Origin: an uncultured Candidatus Saccharibacteria bacterium
GTDB lineage: Bacteria > Patescibacteriota > Saccharimonadia > Saccharimonadales > Saccharimonadaceae
Assembly (NCBI GenBank): GCA_947303945.1
Contig: CAMYZS010000003.1
Coordinates: 4,716-68,715 of the forward strand
Length of the DNA: 64,000 nt
Direction: 5' to 3'
Part shown: positions 27,649 through 37,401 of the stretch, piece by piece
Numbering within the stretch: the first letter of the stretch is position 1
Layout of the letters: the number at the start of each line of letters is the position of its first letter
The notes under the pieces: generated by a model
What the model was told of the DNA's origin: nothing
Databases searched by the model: none
What the model saw: only the letters and a program-made list of their open reading frames with translations
Made by a program: the position numbers and the translations under genes

Positions 27649-27881
27649 TCTCCCCTCCTATGAAATAGAACTCTTTTTAATACTGCCTGAAACTTTCTTC
27701 TTGTAGCAAAAAGTCATCACGAAAAATATTATATCATGAATATATAGTATAGTCAATCAAGACCCCAATAATTGACTCGAAACGTTATGTATGGCATAAT
27801 TCGGTAGGAAACTATTCTCTCTCGGAGGTTTGTTTTAGAAAAAAACAACCGAAGCGAACATTAATAAGGAGGTGTTATTAT

Positions 27882-28811
27882 ATGTTATCGGCGGCAGAGC
27901 GACAGATGCTCCCAGACCTAATCGCTAAAGCAATCAGGGAGGAAATCAACGATAAGAGTTATCTCACTGACGGCGGCAGTATTATTGTCGAAATCGGGCA
28001 TATATCAAAAGACGGCAATATGGGTCTACAGAATCCTTTAATTTTTCCATACGCCGTAAGAAGCAATCAAGACACTATCATCTATAGCGACGGAAGCGAT
28101 TGTGTCTCCGACAGCTCAGTCGTAGCACAGATGATGATCAGTAACGCTATACAGGCGTATCAACACGACGGCAAGACGCTGCTATCGGGAATTAACCCTA
28201 CAATAGCCAAATACAGCACAAGTAACGGTTTCATCAATTGTCCCGGCGGCATCCTCATTGTCGTACAGGACAGTCATTCAACCGAGATTGTCGGCTGGGC
28301 TGTATTTGGTGGCATTGGTGCCGAAAGAGAGGCCGCTCTGAGCGCCGCAAAGGCTATCGGGATAGTAAAAAAAGCCTTAGCCAAGAATACAGCAACAATC
28401 ATTGCGCCAAAATGTCTCGACATTAAAGATGCATTATTAGCTTACGATATTGCAAATGCTTGCAAAAATCGCGGACGCCAAAGACCACTCATCATCGGAA
28501 ATATACGCGCTATGTATTGGGATGAGCATTCAATCCTCTCGCAAACCCTCCGCGCTGCGGGGGTATCGCCCGTCTCCATTAATAGCCCGATGCATAGAAA
28601 ACAAGCCGAATTAATCCGTAGCTTCATATGCATGCATCGAGACCCGAAAGATTTCAATGATATATATAATCTTGTACGGTACGCTGAGCTCAAAAATGAA
28701 CACGGACAGCTCAAGGACTGCGTCGTAGTTGTCGGAAATGAAGATCTGAAGAATGTTCTTTCTGCGTATGTTCATAAAGATCACATGACAAATATATATT
28801 TTGTTGAATAA
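27882..28811 (+). CDS. Hypothetical protein; the central segment weakly resembles the GlcG/HbpS (DUF336) fold
   Basis: 309 aa with a strong RBS (AAGGAGG). The segment CPGGILIVVQDSHSTEIVGWAVFGGIGAEREAALSAAKAIG recalls the DUF336 pattern GG.PI...G..IGAIGVSG...D...A. This is inference only. Confidence 0.6.
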   Translation: MLSAAERQMLPDLIAKAIREEINDKSYLTDGGSIIVEIGHISKDGNMGLQNPLIFPYAVRSNQDTIIYSDGSDCVSDSSVVAQMMISNAIQAYQHDGKTLLSGINPTIAKYSTSNGFINCPGGILIVVQDSHSTEIVGWAVFGGIGAEREAALSAAKAIGIVKKALAKNTATIIAPKCLDIKDALLAYDIANACKNRGRQRPLIIGNIRAMYWDEHSILSQTLRAAGVSPVSINSPMHRKQAELIRSFICMHRDPKDFNDIYNLVRYAELKNEHGQLKDCVVVVGNEDLKNVLSAYVHKDHMTNIYFVE

Positions 28812-28819
28812 CATCACCT

Positions 28820-28848
28820 AGCTCCAGGACCACTCCTGGAGCTTTTTT
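28820..28848 (+). terminator. Intrinsic terminator after the 309-aa gene
   Basis: 10 bp stem agctccagga / tcctggagct followed by a T6 run. Confidence 0.7.
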
Positions 28849-28874
28849 ATATACACTATATTAACCTAAAGAAA

Positions 28875-30896
28875 TCATCTATACTCAGGTACATCTGGTG
28901 GGAATGGGTCATAATTACCTTTATCGTAACCTCTCGAAGTAAAACCGCGTTCACTTGGCTTGCGCGTCCATAACCCATCAGAGCCACCACTAAAATCATT
29001 CTCCCCAAATTCATCGTCCGCATATCCATCGGCGTCCATATCGTGGCTACCGTACGGACTAAAACCTAAATCCTGCAAAAACCGCGACGGAAAGTTATAA
29101 CTCCGTCCACCGTAAGCAAAACGCGACTGCGCAAAAGTTAAAAACAATTCTTGCATCGCCCGCGTCATCCCTACATAAACCAAACGACGTTCCTCTTCGA
29201 CATCATCCGCCGACTCATCCATTGAGCGCACGTGCGGTAGTAGCCCCTCCTCCATGCCCACCAAAAACACAATCGGAAATTCCAGCCCTTTTGCAGCGTG
29301 CAAGGTCATTAAAGTTACCGCATCCTTCCCTGCTTCCTCGTCCGCCGAAGACATCAATGCTGCATCCGCCAAAAACTCATCTAAAGTTGCATATGCCCCA
29401 GCTTCGCCAATCAACACGGTCAAGTTCTCATTGCGCTCCTCAGCCTTCAATTTATCGCCATCATTCAAATACCCCCTGTAATCTATCCGTCTCAATAACT
29501 CCTCAATTATATCCGCCGGATTCACACCGTCAGTATTCTTCTTTCGCAAAGCTTCCAAAGTGTCGGTAAACTTCAAATACGCATTCGCCGCTTTCCCAGT
29601 CAAGCCGACAATATCCCCTTCTAAAATCTTCTGCACCGATTTCTCGCCTATCCCCCGCGCTGGCACATTTACCACCCGCGTAAATGAAACTATATCTCGC
29701 GGATTCGCAATCAAATGCAAATACGCCACGACATCACGAATCTCTTTGCGGTCATAAAAGCGCACCCCACCCACCAACTTATATGGAATCCGATACTCCA
29801 TAAACGCTTTTTCAAAAGCTTGCGACTGCGCATTCGTCCGATACAATACCGCAAAATCACTCAACGGTCGCCCGCTTTTCTTAATCATGCCCGCCACATA
29901 GCGCGCCTCGTCCTGTTCATCGCGCGCCCCATGAATCTCCACCGGCGCACCCTTCCCAATCTCCGTAAATAGTTCTTTGTCGCTGCGTTGCGTATTCTTC
30001 GTGATTACTTTTTGTGCCGCATCGAGAATATTCTGCGTCGACCGGTAATTCTGCTCCAATTTAATCACTTTCGCCCCTGGAAAATCACGCTCAAAGTTCA
30101 AAATATTCGTGAAATCAGCTCCGCGCCACGAATAAATCGACTGCCAGTCATCTCCCACACAGCAAATATTCATCTGATCGTTCACTAGCAACTTTACAAT
30201 CTCGTACTGGATGTGGTTTGTATCCTGATACTCATCAATCAAAATATGCTGGAATTTCCTTTGCCACTTTGCTCGGATATCCGACCGCTGCCGGAACAAT
30301 CTCGCCACATAAAGCAGTAAGTCGTCAAAATCTACCGCATCCGCCTTCATGCGCATATCTTCATAGCGCTCATACACCTCCGCTATCTGCTTTTGATTCG
30401 GATAAAAAGCCTTTGCCAACATTCCATCTGGATCCTCGCCATCGTTCTTCGCCTTCGAAATCGCCGCCTCGCAAGCCCGCGGCTTAATATTCTTATCGCT
30501 AAAATGTAGCTCTTTCATTGCGCGCTTAATCAACGCTAATCGATCATCCGTATCGTAAATCACAAAATTCTTAGACAGCCCCACACTTTCTGCCTCGATT
30601 CGTAAAATCTTCACGCAAATCGAGTGAAAGGTCCCCATCCATGGCATAAAACTAAAACTATTTTCCATTCCGAGCAACACCGCCAGACGCTCACGCATTT
30701 CGCGCGCAGCTTTATTTGTAAAGGTTAAAGCCAAAATCTCGTACGGCGCCACCCCATTCGCAATCAGATTCGCAATTCGGTGCGTTAATGTCTTAGTCTT
30801 CCCCGAGCCAGCCCCTGCCAAAATTAATACTGGCCCCGACAAAGTCCGAACCGCCTCTTGCTGCGCAGAATTCAACCCCTCCAATATTTTCGACAT
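28875..30896 (-). CDS. pcrA: ATP-dependent DNA helicase PcrA/UvrD
   Basis: 673 aa with LNSAQQEAV, AGAGSGKTKTLTHRIA, ILIDEYQDTN, VGDDWQSIYSWRGA and VYVGMTRA. Confidence 0.93.
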   Translation of the reverse strand: MSKILEGLNSAQQEAVRTLSGPVLILAGAGSGKTKTLTHRIANLIANGVAPYEILALTFTNKAAREMRERLAVLLGMENSFSFMPWMGTFHSICVKILRIEAESVGLSKNFVIYDTDDRLALIKRAMKELHFSDKNIKPRACEAAISKAKNDGEDPDGMLAKAFYPNQKQIAEVYERYEDMRMKADAVDFDDLLLYVARLFRQRSDIRAKWQRKFQHILIDEYQDTNHIQYEIVKLLVNDQMNICCVGDDWQSIYSWRGADFTNILNFERDFPGAKVIKLEQNYRSTQNILDAAQKVITKNTQRSDKELFTEIGKGAPVEIHGARDEQDEARYVAGMIKKSGRPLSDFAVLYRTNAQSQAFEKAFMEYRIPYKLVGGVRFYDRKEIRDVVAYLHLIANPRDIVSFTRVVNVPARGIGEKSVQKILEGDIVGLTGKAANAYLKFTDTLEALRKKNTDGVNPADIIEELLRRIDYRGYLNDGDKLKAEERNENLTVLIGEAGAYATLDEFLADAALMSSADEEAGKDAVTLMTLHAAKGLEFPIVFLVGMEEGLLPHVRSMDESADDVEEERRLVYVGMTRAMQELFLTFAQSRFAYGGRSYNFPSRFLQDLGFSPYGSHDMDADGYADDEFGENDFSGGSDGLWTRKPSERGFTSRGYDKGNYDPFPPDVPEYR

Positions 30897-30959
30897 GTCT
30901 CTATTTTATCGCAAAAGACACTAAAAAGCGCCCCTCAGAGCGCTTTTTAGTGTCGTCTT

Positions 30960-31784
30960 CTAATCCTCGGACCCTTCAACCGCACTTAATAATTCGGCGC
31001 TCATCCAAATCTGTTCTCCATTTTTCTTCACTATCATAATCGAGCCACCACTACCGCGCTTCGTCGCTCTCATAACTCTTACTACGTCACTATATCCACC
31101 TACTTTTTTTGTTAAGATTGCTCCAGCTTTCGAGCCAGCCTCATTTTGGAACTTTGGATCAATATGTAGCCAATCTACGCTGCCATCAAAACCAATGAAC
31201 GCATAATTATAACCATTCCAGGCCTGCCCAAAACCAAGCGGCCCCTCCACACTAATGATATTAGCCACATCTAACTTATAGCCATCGAATTTCAAATCGT
31301 GCCCAACCGCCTCTTCTTCACCAGTATTTGGGTTAATCTGGCTGCTCTCAATATCTTCCTCAGTTAAAGTATATGTACCGTATTTTCCAGGCAACTTTGA
31401 TTGGTCGTAATCTTTGGCGCGCATATATTGCTTACCGTTTGCCACCTCAATAACATTCTCGACAGGCTCAAGATAAACGTCACCTTTCTTAGTGATATAT
31501 ATATTACCAATATTCTCTCTTAAATAAAAACCCTTTCTAGCTCCATCGGAAGCCTCACCTAACCCCCCTTCCAAACCACTACCGGTCGCGCTTCTCGCCG
31601 CACCCAAGTCAATCTTCTTGGAATTTATCTTATCTACTATTATAAAACCTGTTGCACAAATTGCCGCCAATGCAAATACAATGGTTGCTACAATCCATCC
31701 AGTCGGCCTCTGTTTTTGCAATGGAATCGGTACCGCCTCTTTTATTGTTGGACGTTCTTCAAACTCACCCATCCTTTTTGACAT
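30960..31784 (-). CDS. Hypothetical membrane-anchored extracytoplasmic protein (paralogue A)
   Basis: 274 aa with a single N-terminal TM. It shares blocks with the next gene (YITKKGDVYLEP vs IVTKNGDLYFAP; KFDGYKLDVANIISV vs NFSGYKLNISNVQSI). Confidence 0.65.
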   Translation of the reverse strand: MSKRMGEFEERPTIKEAVPIPLQKQRPTGWIVATIVFALAAICATGFIIVDKINSKKIDLGAARSATGSGLEGGLGEASDGARKGFYLRENIGNIYITKKGDVYLEPVENVIEVANGKQYMRAKDYDQSKLPGKYGTYTLTEEDIESSQINPNTGEEEAVGHDLKFDGYKLDVANIISVEGPLGFGQAWNGYNYAFIGFDGSVDWLHIDPKFQNEAGSKAGAILTKKVGGYSDVVRVMRATKRGSGGSIMIVKKNGEQIWMSAELLSAVEGSED

Positions 31785-31801
31785 ATTATCTTTCCGTAAG
31801 A

Positions 31802-32551
31802 TTATTCAAATACCTTATTGTCAAGCTTCTTCGAGCCGCCATCACGGTAGTATACTACCGCATACATTCCAGTACCATGATATGCAGTGCCTACACTTGC
31901 TACGTTCTTCTCGATATCTTTCTTTAGCCTCAATTTTACATTTTCACCAAAGCCATCTTCGGTCTTTAAGATGCTTAAGCTGCCATCCTTAGCGATAATA
32001 GCAGCTAAAATACCGACTTTCTGCTGACCGCGACCAACCTCCATTATAGACTGAACGTTACTGATATTCAGTTTATAACCACTAAAATTAATTTTCTGTC
32101 CTTCTTCCATTGGTGGCGTATAATACGAAATATCATCAGGCTCAAACGTAAATTTACCATTCGTACCCGTCTCACTGTCAACCAAATATGAGACTCTCTC
32201 CCCCATAACTTTGTCACTCGGCGCAAAATAAAGGTCTCCGTTTTTTGTTACAATATACTTACCATAGTCAACATATAATCCAGTCGAATCAGTTCTATAT
32301 ACGAATCCAATGTTTCCATTAGAAGTCTCCTCGTCACCAGACTCTTCATTTCCGTTATAGGCTTCTTTGCTGCTGTTCTTTTCATAGTCATCTACGGCGC
32401 AATTAGTTCTCTCATTAGAGCGAGCCTTATTTATAATTAGACAAGCTCCTAAACCTATCGCAACCAGCGCCAGCACTACACAAGTTATTTTCAGACCAAC
32501 ATTGCTCTTCAAACCATGGCTCTGCTCCACGGCCTCTTGCCCATTTTCCAC
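31802..32551 (-). CDS. Hypothetical membrane-anchored extracytoplasmic protein (paralogue B)
   Basis: 249 aa with the same architecture and shared motifs as 30960-31784. Confidence 0.65.
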   Translation of the reverse strand: MENGQEAVEQSHGLKSNVGLKITCVVLALVAIGLGACLIINKARSNERTNCAVDDYEKNSSKEAYNGNEESGDEETSNGNIGFVYRTDSTGLYVDYGKYIVTKNGDLYFAPSDKVMGERVSYLVDSETGTNGKFTFEPDDISYYTPPMEEGQKINFSGYKLNISNVQSIMEVGRGQQKVGILAAIIAKDGSLSILKTEDGFGENVKLRLKKDIEKNVASVGTAYHGTGMYAVVYYRDGGSKKLDNKVFE

Positions 32552-32574
32552 CTTCTTTCCTCCTTTTTTTATCC

Positions 32575-34383
32575 TTATTTAAATAATAGCATATTAAATT
32601 CCTCGTCAGTATAGAAGCTTCTCTCGATATTCTCAATGACATATTCACTTAAATCCTTTAAGCTAATCTTAGCTTCTTTACCATCAATCGACCAGCGCAC
32701 AGATATCTGCTCCGCCTCCGCATCCTTCGGCCCCACAATCAAGACAAACGGAATCTTCATCTTTGTCGCCTCACGAATCTTCTTGCCGAGACTCTCGTTT
32801 CTATTATCAATCGTATAGCGGACTCTATAAGTCCTGTCAAAGAAATGCGTTTCGATACTTTTTAGACGCTCTTCGACTTTCTTTGCATAATCCGTTACAT
32901 CATCGTTCAGAGTTAAGATACGCACCTGCTCTGGCGCACACCAAGCCGGAAACCACCCTGCCGTATGTTCAATAAATACGCTCAAGAAACGCTCAATCGA
33001 ACCGAGTAATGCACAGTGAATCATAATCGGCGTTTTCTTGGAACCATCTTCGGCCGTGTACTCGAGACCAAAGCGTGTCGGCATTGCATAATCTAGCTGC
33101 ACCGTTGCTAGCTGCCACTCGCGCCCCAAAGCATCTACAGCCATAAAGTCCATCTTTGGGCCATACATTGCTGCCTCCCCCTCGCCAATCGAATAGTTCA
33201 TCTCAAACTTTTCGGCCATTTCCCGAATAGCATTCTGAGCTTTCTCCCACATTTCTGGCGTACCGATATAGCCATCGCCATCATCGCGGAAGGACAGACG
33301 CAACTTCAGTTGCATATCTATACGCTTATATAAATCTTTAGCCGATTCGATTAGCTCGCCAAAAATGTCGCCGACCTGCTCCTCCATACAGAAGACGTGC
33401 GAATCATCCTGCGTAATCGCGCGCACGCGACTCAAACCGCCCAATTCACCCTTACGCTCATCGCGATATACCATCGTCGTTTCAAGAAACTTCACTGGCA
33501 ACTCTTTATACGAACGCGGTACGCTTGCAAAAATCTGACTATGATGTGGGCAGTTCACCGGCTTCAAGGCTAACTCATCGCCACTTTCCGAACTTGTAAA
33601 TCGCAACATCTCCGGAAACTTCTCAAAGTGACCCGACGTTTTGTAAAGGTCAATATTTGCAATGTGCGGAATGCACACCTTCTGATAATTACAACGCTCA
33701 CGGTAGCTATTCGCCAACGCTGCCACCATATCACGCAAAACCGTGCCCCTTGGCGTAAATAGCGGCAGACCTGCACCAACCAATTCTGAATAACAGAACA
33801 AGCCCAATTCTTTGCCAATCTTGCGATGGTCACGCTTCTTTGCTTCTTCTTGCTGTTTCAAATATGCATCAAGTTCTTCCTGCATCTCAAATGCCAGACC
33901 ATAAATCCGCGTCAACATCTCGCGTTTTTCGTCGCCACGCCAGTATGCGCCTGCGACTTTATCTAGCCTAAAAACGCCAACCTCACCAGTGTTCTCCACA
34001 TGTGGTCCACGACACAAATCCTCAAAGTCACCCAACTTATAGAAAGAAATGACTTCATCTTCCGGCAAATCATTAATTAGTTCTTCTTTGTATTTTTGGC
34101 CATTTTCTTTCGCCCACTTTAACGCCTCGGCACGCGTTTTTTCACTACGCTCAATCGGTAACTTTTGCGCAATTAATTTACGCATCTCTTTTTCTATCTT
34201 TTTAAAATCGCTCTCGGAAATCTTTATGCCGCCAAAATCAATATCGTAATAGAAGCCATTATCGATAGCCGGGCCAATCCCAAACTGAATCGTTGTTGTG
34301 CCAGCATACAAATTCTTAATCGCTGCAGCCATAATATGGCTAAGCGAATGACGCATTATTTCTATCGATTGTATATCTGACAT
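32575..34383 (-). CDS. thrS: Threonine--tRNA ligase (lacks the N-terminal TGS domain)
   Basis: 602 aa. It starts in the editing domain (MRHSLSHIMAAAIKNLY) and has the class II core (HRKIGKELGLF, ...RDERKGELGGLSRVRAITQDDSH...). Confidence 0.93.
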   Translation of the reverse strand: MSDIQSIEIMRHSLSHIMAAAIKNLYAGTTTIQFGIGPAIDNGFYYDIDFGGIKISESDFKKIEKEMRKLIAQKLPIERSEKTRAEALKWAKENGQKYKEELINDLPEDEVISFYKLGDFEDLCRGPHVENTGEVGVFRLDKVAGAYWRGDEKREMLTRIYGLAFEMQEELDAYLKQQEEAKKRDHRKIGKELGLFCYSELVGAGLPLFTPRGTVLRDMVAALANSYRERCNYQKVCIPHIANIDLYKTSGHFEKFPEMLRFTSSESGDELALKPVNCPHHSQIFASVPRSYKELPVKFLETTMVYRDERKGELGGLSRVRAITQDDSHVFCMEEQVGDIFGELIESAKDLYKRIDMQLKLRLSFRDDGDGYIGTPEMWEKAQNAIREMAEKFEMNYSIGEGEAAMYGPKMDFMAVDALGREWQLATVQLDYAMPTRFGLEYTAEDGSKKTPIMIHCALLGSIERFLSVFIEHTAGWFPAWCAPEQVRILTLNDDVTDYAKKVEERLKSIETHFFDRTYRVRYTIDNRNESLGKKIREATKMKIPFVLIVGPKDAEAEQISVRWSIDGKEAKISLKDLSEYVIENIERSFYTDEEFNMLLFK

Positions 34384-34558
34384 CGCTGCCCTTTCGTTTA
34401 AGTAGTTTATATCTGTTATTCTAACATAATTTTTACCTTCGCTAAATATAAGTTATTTCTATGAAAATTTATCCCTCAGTAGTTGACTAAACTAAAAAAA
34501 CATGTGAGAATAACAAGATAATCGTACCTTAGTAATCTGCTCACACCTAAAAAAGGAG

Positions 34559-35833
34559 GTGCACTTATTGTTTGAAATACTCGATTATAATCTCGCCCAC
34601 ACAGCAGCTGACCGCATCGCTGACATTATTCTAGAATTGGACCCATTAAAAATAGTCACTCCGGTAAACTATCAAACAGAAAAGCAAAAATGGATAAACG
34701 CCGTCTCTCAGAATGGCGTCTTCCTCGGCCCAGACTTCATATACGACTACTGCTATCTTTACACGGTCATCTCTCTTGGGTTTGACCTACACAACGCAGA
34801 AGAACAGCTCAAGCGGTCGATTCGGCCACGGAATAAAGTTGACACCATCGTACTCGACATGATTGATCATCGCATACAGAACGCCTACCAAATCATTGAC
34901 TTAGCATACTCAATCGTCGATAAGAACGATGAGTTAGCGGCTAAATGCGTCGCTGAGATAAATCCTGGACACAATAATCTATATGACGCACTAATGGCAA
35001 CTAAACCATTTCGCAACTTAGCCGCCACCCCAAGACGCATAGACGATAAAAAACGCAAGCAACTTAGCTCCATCCACTTCAACGCCGAAAGAGCAAAACA
35101 TATAGTAGAGCAAGCAATCAGCGCTTATAATATTAAATGCGAAGTCAAAGTAGATGAAGCTACAACAAAAGTTGGCATGCATTATAGGACAGGTGATCAT
35201 CCAGCATTCTTTATTCCGGCTAATTACGAGGTTACCGGCTTTGAACTCGTAAAGTTAATCAGCCGCGAAGTCGAATGCCGTCTGCGTAGCTACGAAAACT
35301 CCAAATGGCTACTCCGCGGGTTGCTCGGATATCAATCGCCACTCTTACCGCTCGTGCCAATTCTAGCAAAATCCGAGGACGAGATGTTATTTAGAGGGTA
35401 TGCAAAAATATCCGACGAGAGCTTTTCGGGAAGATACTCCTCCCAAAACTCGCAAACATCTTACCGAGTAGCACAGAGCTTAGCTATGAAAGGAAAGTCT
35501 TTCGTGGATACAGCAAAAGAAATCTACCAACGGTGCACTCAATGTGGCGACAAAAAACCAAACGCAATCAAGAAGAGCTGGTGTGCAACTTATAAAGTAT
35601 TTCGAGGCTGCACTAATACCGACAACTCACATAATTACTGCTTCGATAGCAGCTCGGATTATACTGGTTTTATGATAGCTCGCAACATAGCCTATCCAGA
35701 GTTTCTAGACTTCTCAAGCCTAAGCTTATTTGAACTATCGCAGCTCGATGCGGCCGACGTTAAGCTAAGGCCAAACTATCGGTATCACAACATAGCAGAG
35801 CAGTTATTGGAAGATATACTGGAAACAGAATAA
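34559..35833 (+). CDS. Hypothetical protein (possible degenerate DUF1704/MATCAP-like fold)
   Basis: 424 aa. The GTG track start abuts the RBS, so TTG at 34568 is the likelier start. No confident motif; see findings. Confidence 0.6.
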   Translation: MHLLFEILDYNLAHTAADRIADIILELDPLKIVTPVNYQTEKQKWINAVSQNGVFLGPDFIYDYCYLYTVISLGFDLHNAEEQLKRSIRPRNKVDTIVLDMIDHRIQNAYQIIDLAYSIVDKNDELAAKCVAEINPGHNNLYDALMATKPFRNLAATPRRIDDKKRKQLSSIHFNAERAKHIVEQAISAYNIKCEVKVDEATTKVGMHYRTGDHPAFFIPANYEVTGFELVKLISREVECRLRSYENSKWLLRGLLGYQSPLLPLVPILAKSEDEMLFRGYAKISDESFSGRYSSQNSQTSYRVAQSLAMKGKSFVDTAKEIYQRCTQCGDKKPNAIKKSWCATYKVFRGCTNTDNSHNYCFDSSSDYTGFMIARNIAYPEFLDFSSLSLFELSQLDAADVKLRPNYRYHNIAEQLLEDILETE

Positions 35834-35857
35834 CATATTTCTTCCAGCCATTCCTAT

Positions 35858-35889
35858 CGCCCAAGCGCATCATTGCTTGGGCGGTTTTT
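35858..35889 (+). terminator. Intrinsic terminator
   Basis: Stem cgcccaagc / gcttgggcg followed by GTTTTT. Confidence 0.65.
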
Positions 35890-35933
35890 CTTTTCCTCAA
35901 AAATATGATATACTACACTTATCCGACAAATAT

Positions 35934-36010
35934 GGGTTGCTAGCTCAGTTGGCTAGAGCGCCTCGTTTACACCGAGGAGGTCGGGGGTTCGAGCCCCTCG
36001 CGACCCACCA
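35934..36010 (+). tRNA. tRNA-Val (anticodon UAC), CCA encoded
   Basis: Cloverleaf gggttgc...gcgaccc-A-CCA, D-arm gctcagttggctagagc, anticodon arm cctcg-tttacac-cgagg, T-arm with GTTCGAG. Confidence 0.92.
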
Positions 36011-36109
36011 TAGAAAATACCCAACTATTTGGTTGGGTATTTTCTATGCGTATTGCACAAAAAGATAAATGCTTGCCCTACAACCAAAAAATACATATAT
36101 CTTAAATCT

Positions 36110-36691
36110 CTAGCCTTCAAGGGCGTCCGTCACAGTACTCGTATCTACAAAGACCTCAGCCCTCATGCCTAACTCCCGTGCAGCAATGACGTTCTTCTCT
36201 CTATCGTCAAAGAAAACTGACTCGGCGGAGTTAATCTGATAACGACTCAATAACAACTCATAGAAAGCTAAATCCGGCTTCTTGAAATGCTCCCGAAAAG
36301 AGTAAACTCCACCATCGAAACACTGCAAAGTACTTTTTAAATACTCGTAGCATACATCCGTTATATTCGACAAAAAGTAGATTTTATAAGAATTATGTAA
36401 TTCGTACAATAAATCCAAAACTTGCCGCTTAACCGGTAATATAACGGGTAAGTTTTTGGGGGCAAAAAGAAAGCTAATCTCTTTTTCAAGATGAGGATGC
36501 TTTGCGATCATCTCATTAGCGTAATCGGCTGAAGACTTATTTCCCAAAAGCACTTCCACGAAACCTGGACTTTTATAATAAATTAAGTCTGATATTTGCT
36601 TTTGTTCAGCCGTAGTAAGATGAGTCAAAGCTCGCCCATTAACTTCTTCAGCCAATACGCCGCCAATATCAAAAATGATATTTCTTATCAT
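36110..36691 (-). CDS. HAD-superfamily (subfamily IA) hydrolase
   Basis: 193 aa with motif I IIFDIGGVL and motif IV FFDDREKNVIAARELGM. Confidence 0.8.
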   Translation of the reverse strand: MIRNIIFDIGGVLAEEVNGRALTHLTTAEQKQISDLIYYKSPGFVEVLLGNKSSADYANEMIAKHPHLEKEISFLFAPKNLPVILPVKRQVLDLLYELHNSYKIYFLSNITDVCYEYLKSTLQCFDGGVYSFREHFKKPDLAFYELLLSRYQINSAESVFFDDREKNVIAARELGMRAEVFVDTSTVTDALEG

Positions 36692-36746
36692 ATCAATCCA
36701 ATTATACTATAAATATATTCGCTACCTTAAAGATCCCCTGTACCAC

Positions 36747-37397
36747 TCATAAAACTACTCGAAAGTCTTCATATTTATTAGCAAAAACTTCCTCAATCTT
36801 CTTGCCTGTCATCTTCAAATACTTCTTAATCAGATAATACCCCACTGTATACCCCGCCCATCGCGGAAGAATGTCATTTCCCTTAAAGAATATATCGCCA
36901 TAATCATATATATCCGAATCTAGCCGTCCGCCAATCCCCCTCAAAATTTTTTCATTTTCTTCGTCAGCTCGACCTAAGACGACCTTAATAAAATGAGTCA
37001 TCTCTCGCGACTCTTTAGCAAATTCGGCCTCAAAGTACGTCGCGATACCCTCGTTAATAATTTCATTAAACAATAATCCAGCCCACTCATCATTCTTGCC
37101 CCATCGTGCGGCATGGCACAGCTCGTGAACTACCATTTCGGAAATTAGACATTCGGTCGCCTTTTCTTCGTTGATTGCGAATTCAATAAAATCTGAGGTC
37201 CTAGTACGCCCTCCAACACCATCTTCGGGAATGACAATATCATATAGTCGATTTGTCACTAATAGATCAATATCCCAACCAATTTTCAGCTTCAAAAACG
37301 CATATTCTTCAGCTCTTTTAACGGCAGCTTCTATCGTCTCCTTACTACTAGCTAAGTTGCCATTTGCCTCGGTTAGTAATAAATTCACCTTGCTCAT
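36747..37397 (-). CDS. DUF2268-like putative Zn-dependent protease
   Basis: 216 aa with MVVHELCHAARW (HExxH) and a downstream EGIATYFE. Confidence 0.55.
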   Translation of the reverse strand: MSKVNLLLTEANGNLASSKETIEAAVKRAEEYAFLKLKIGWDIDLLVTNRLYDIVIPEDGVGGRTRTSDFIEFAINEEKATECLISEMVVHELCHAARWGKNDEWAGLLFNEIINEGIATYFEAEFAKESREMTHFIKVVLGRADEENEKILRGIGGRLDSDIYDYGDIFFKGNDILPRWAGYTVGYYLIKKYLKMTGKKIEEVFANKYEDFRVVL

Positions 37398-37401
37398 ATA
37401 T

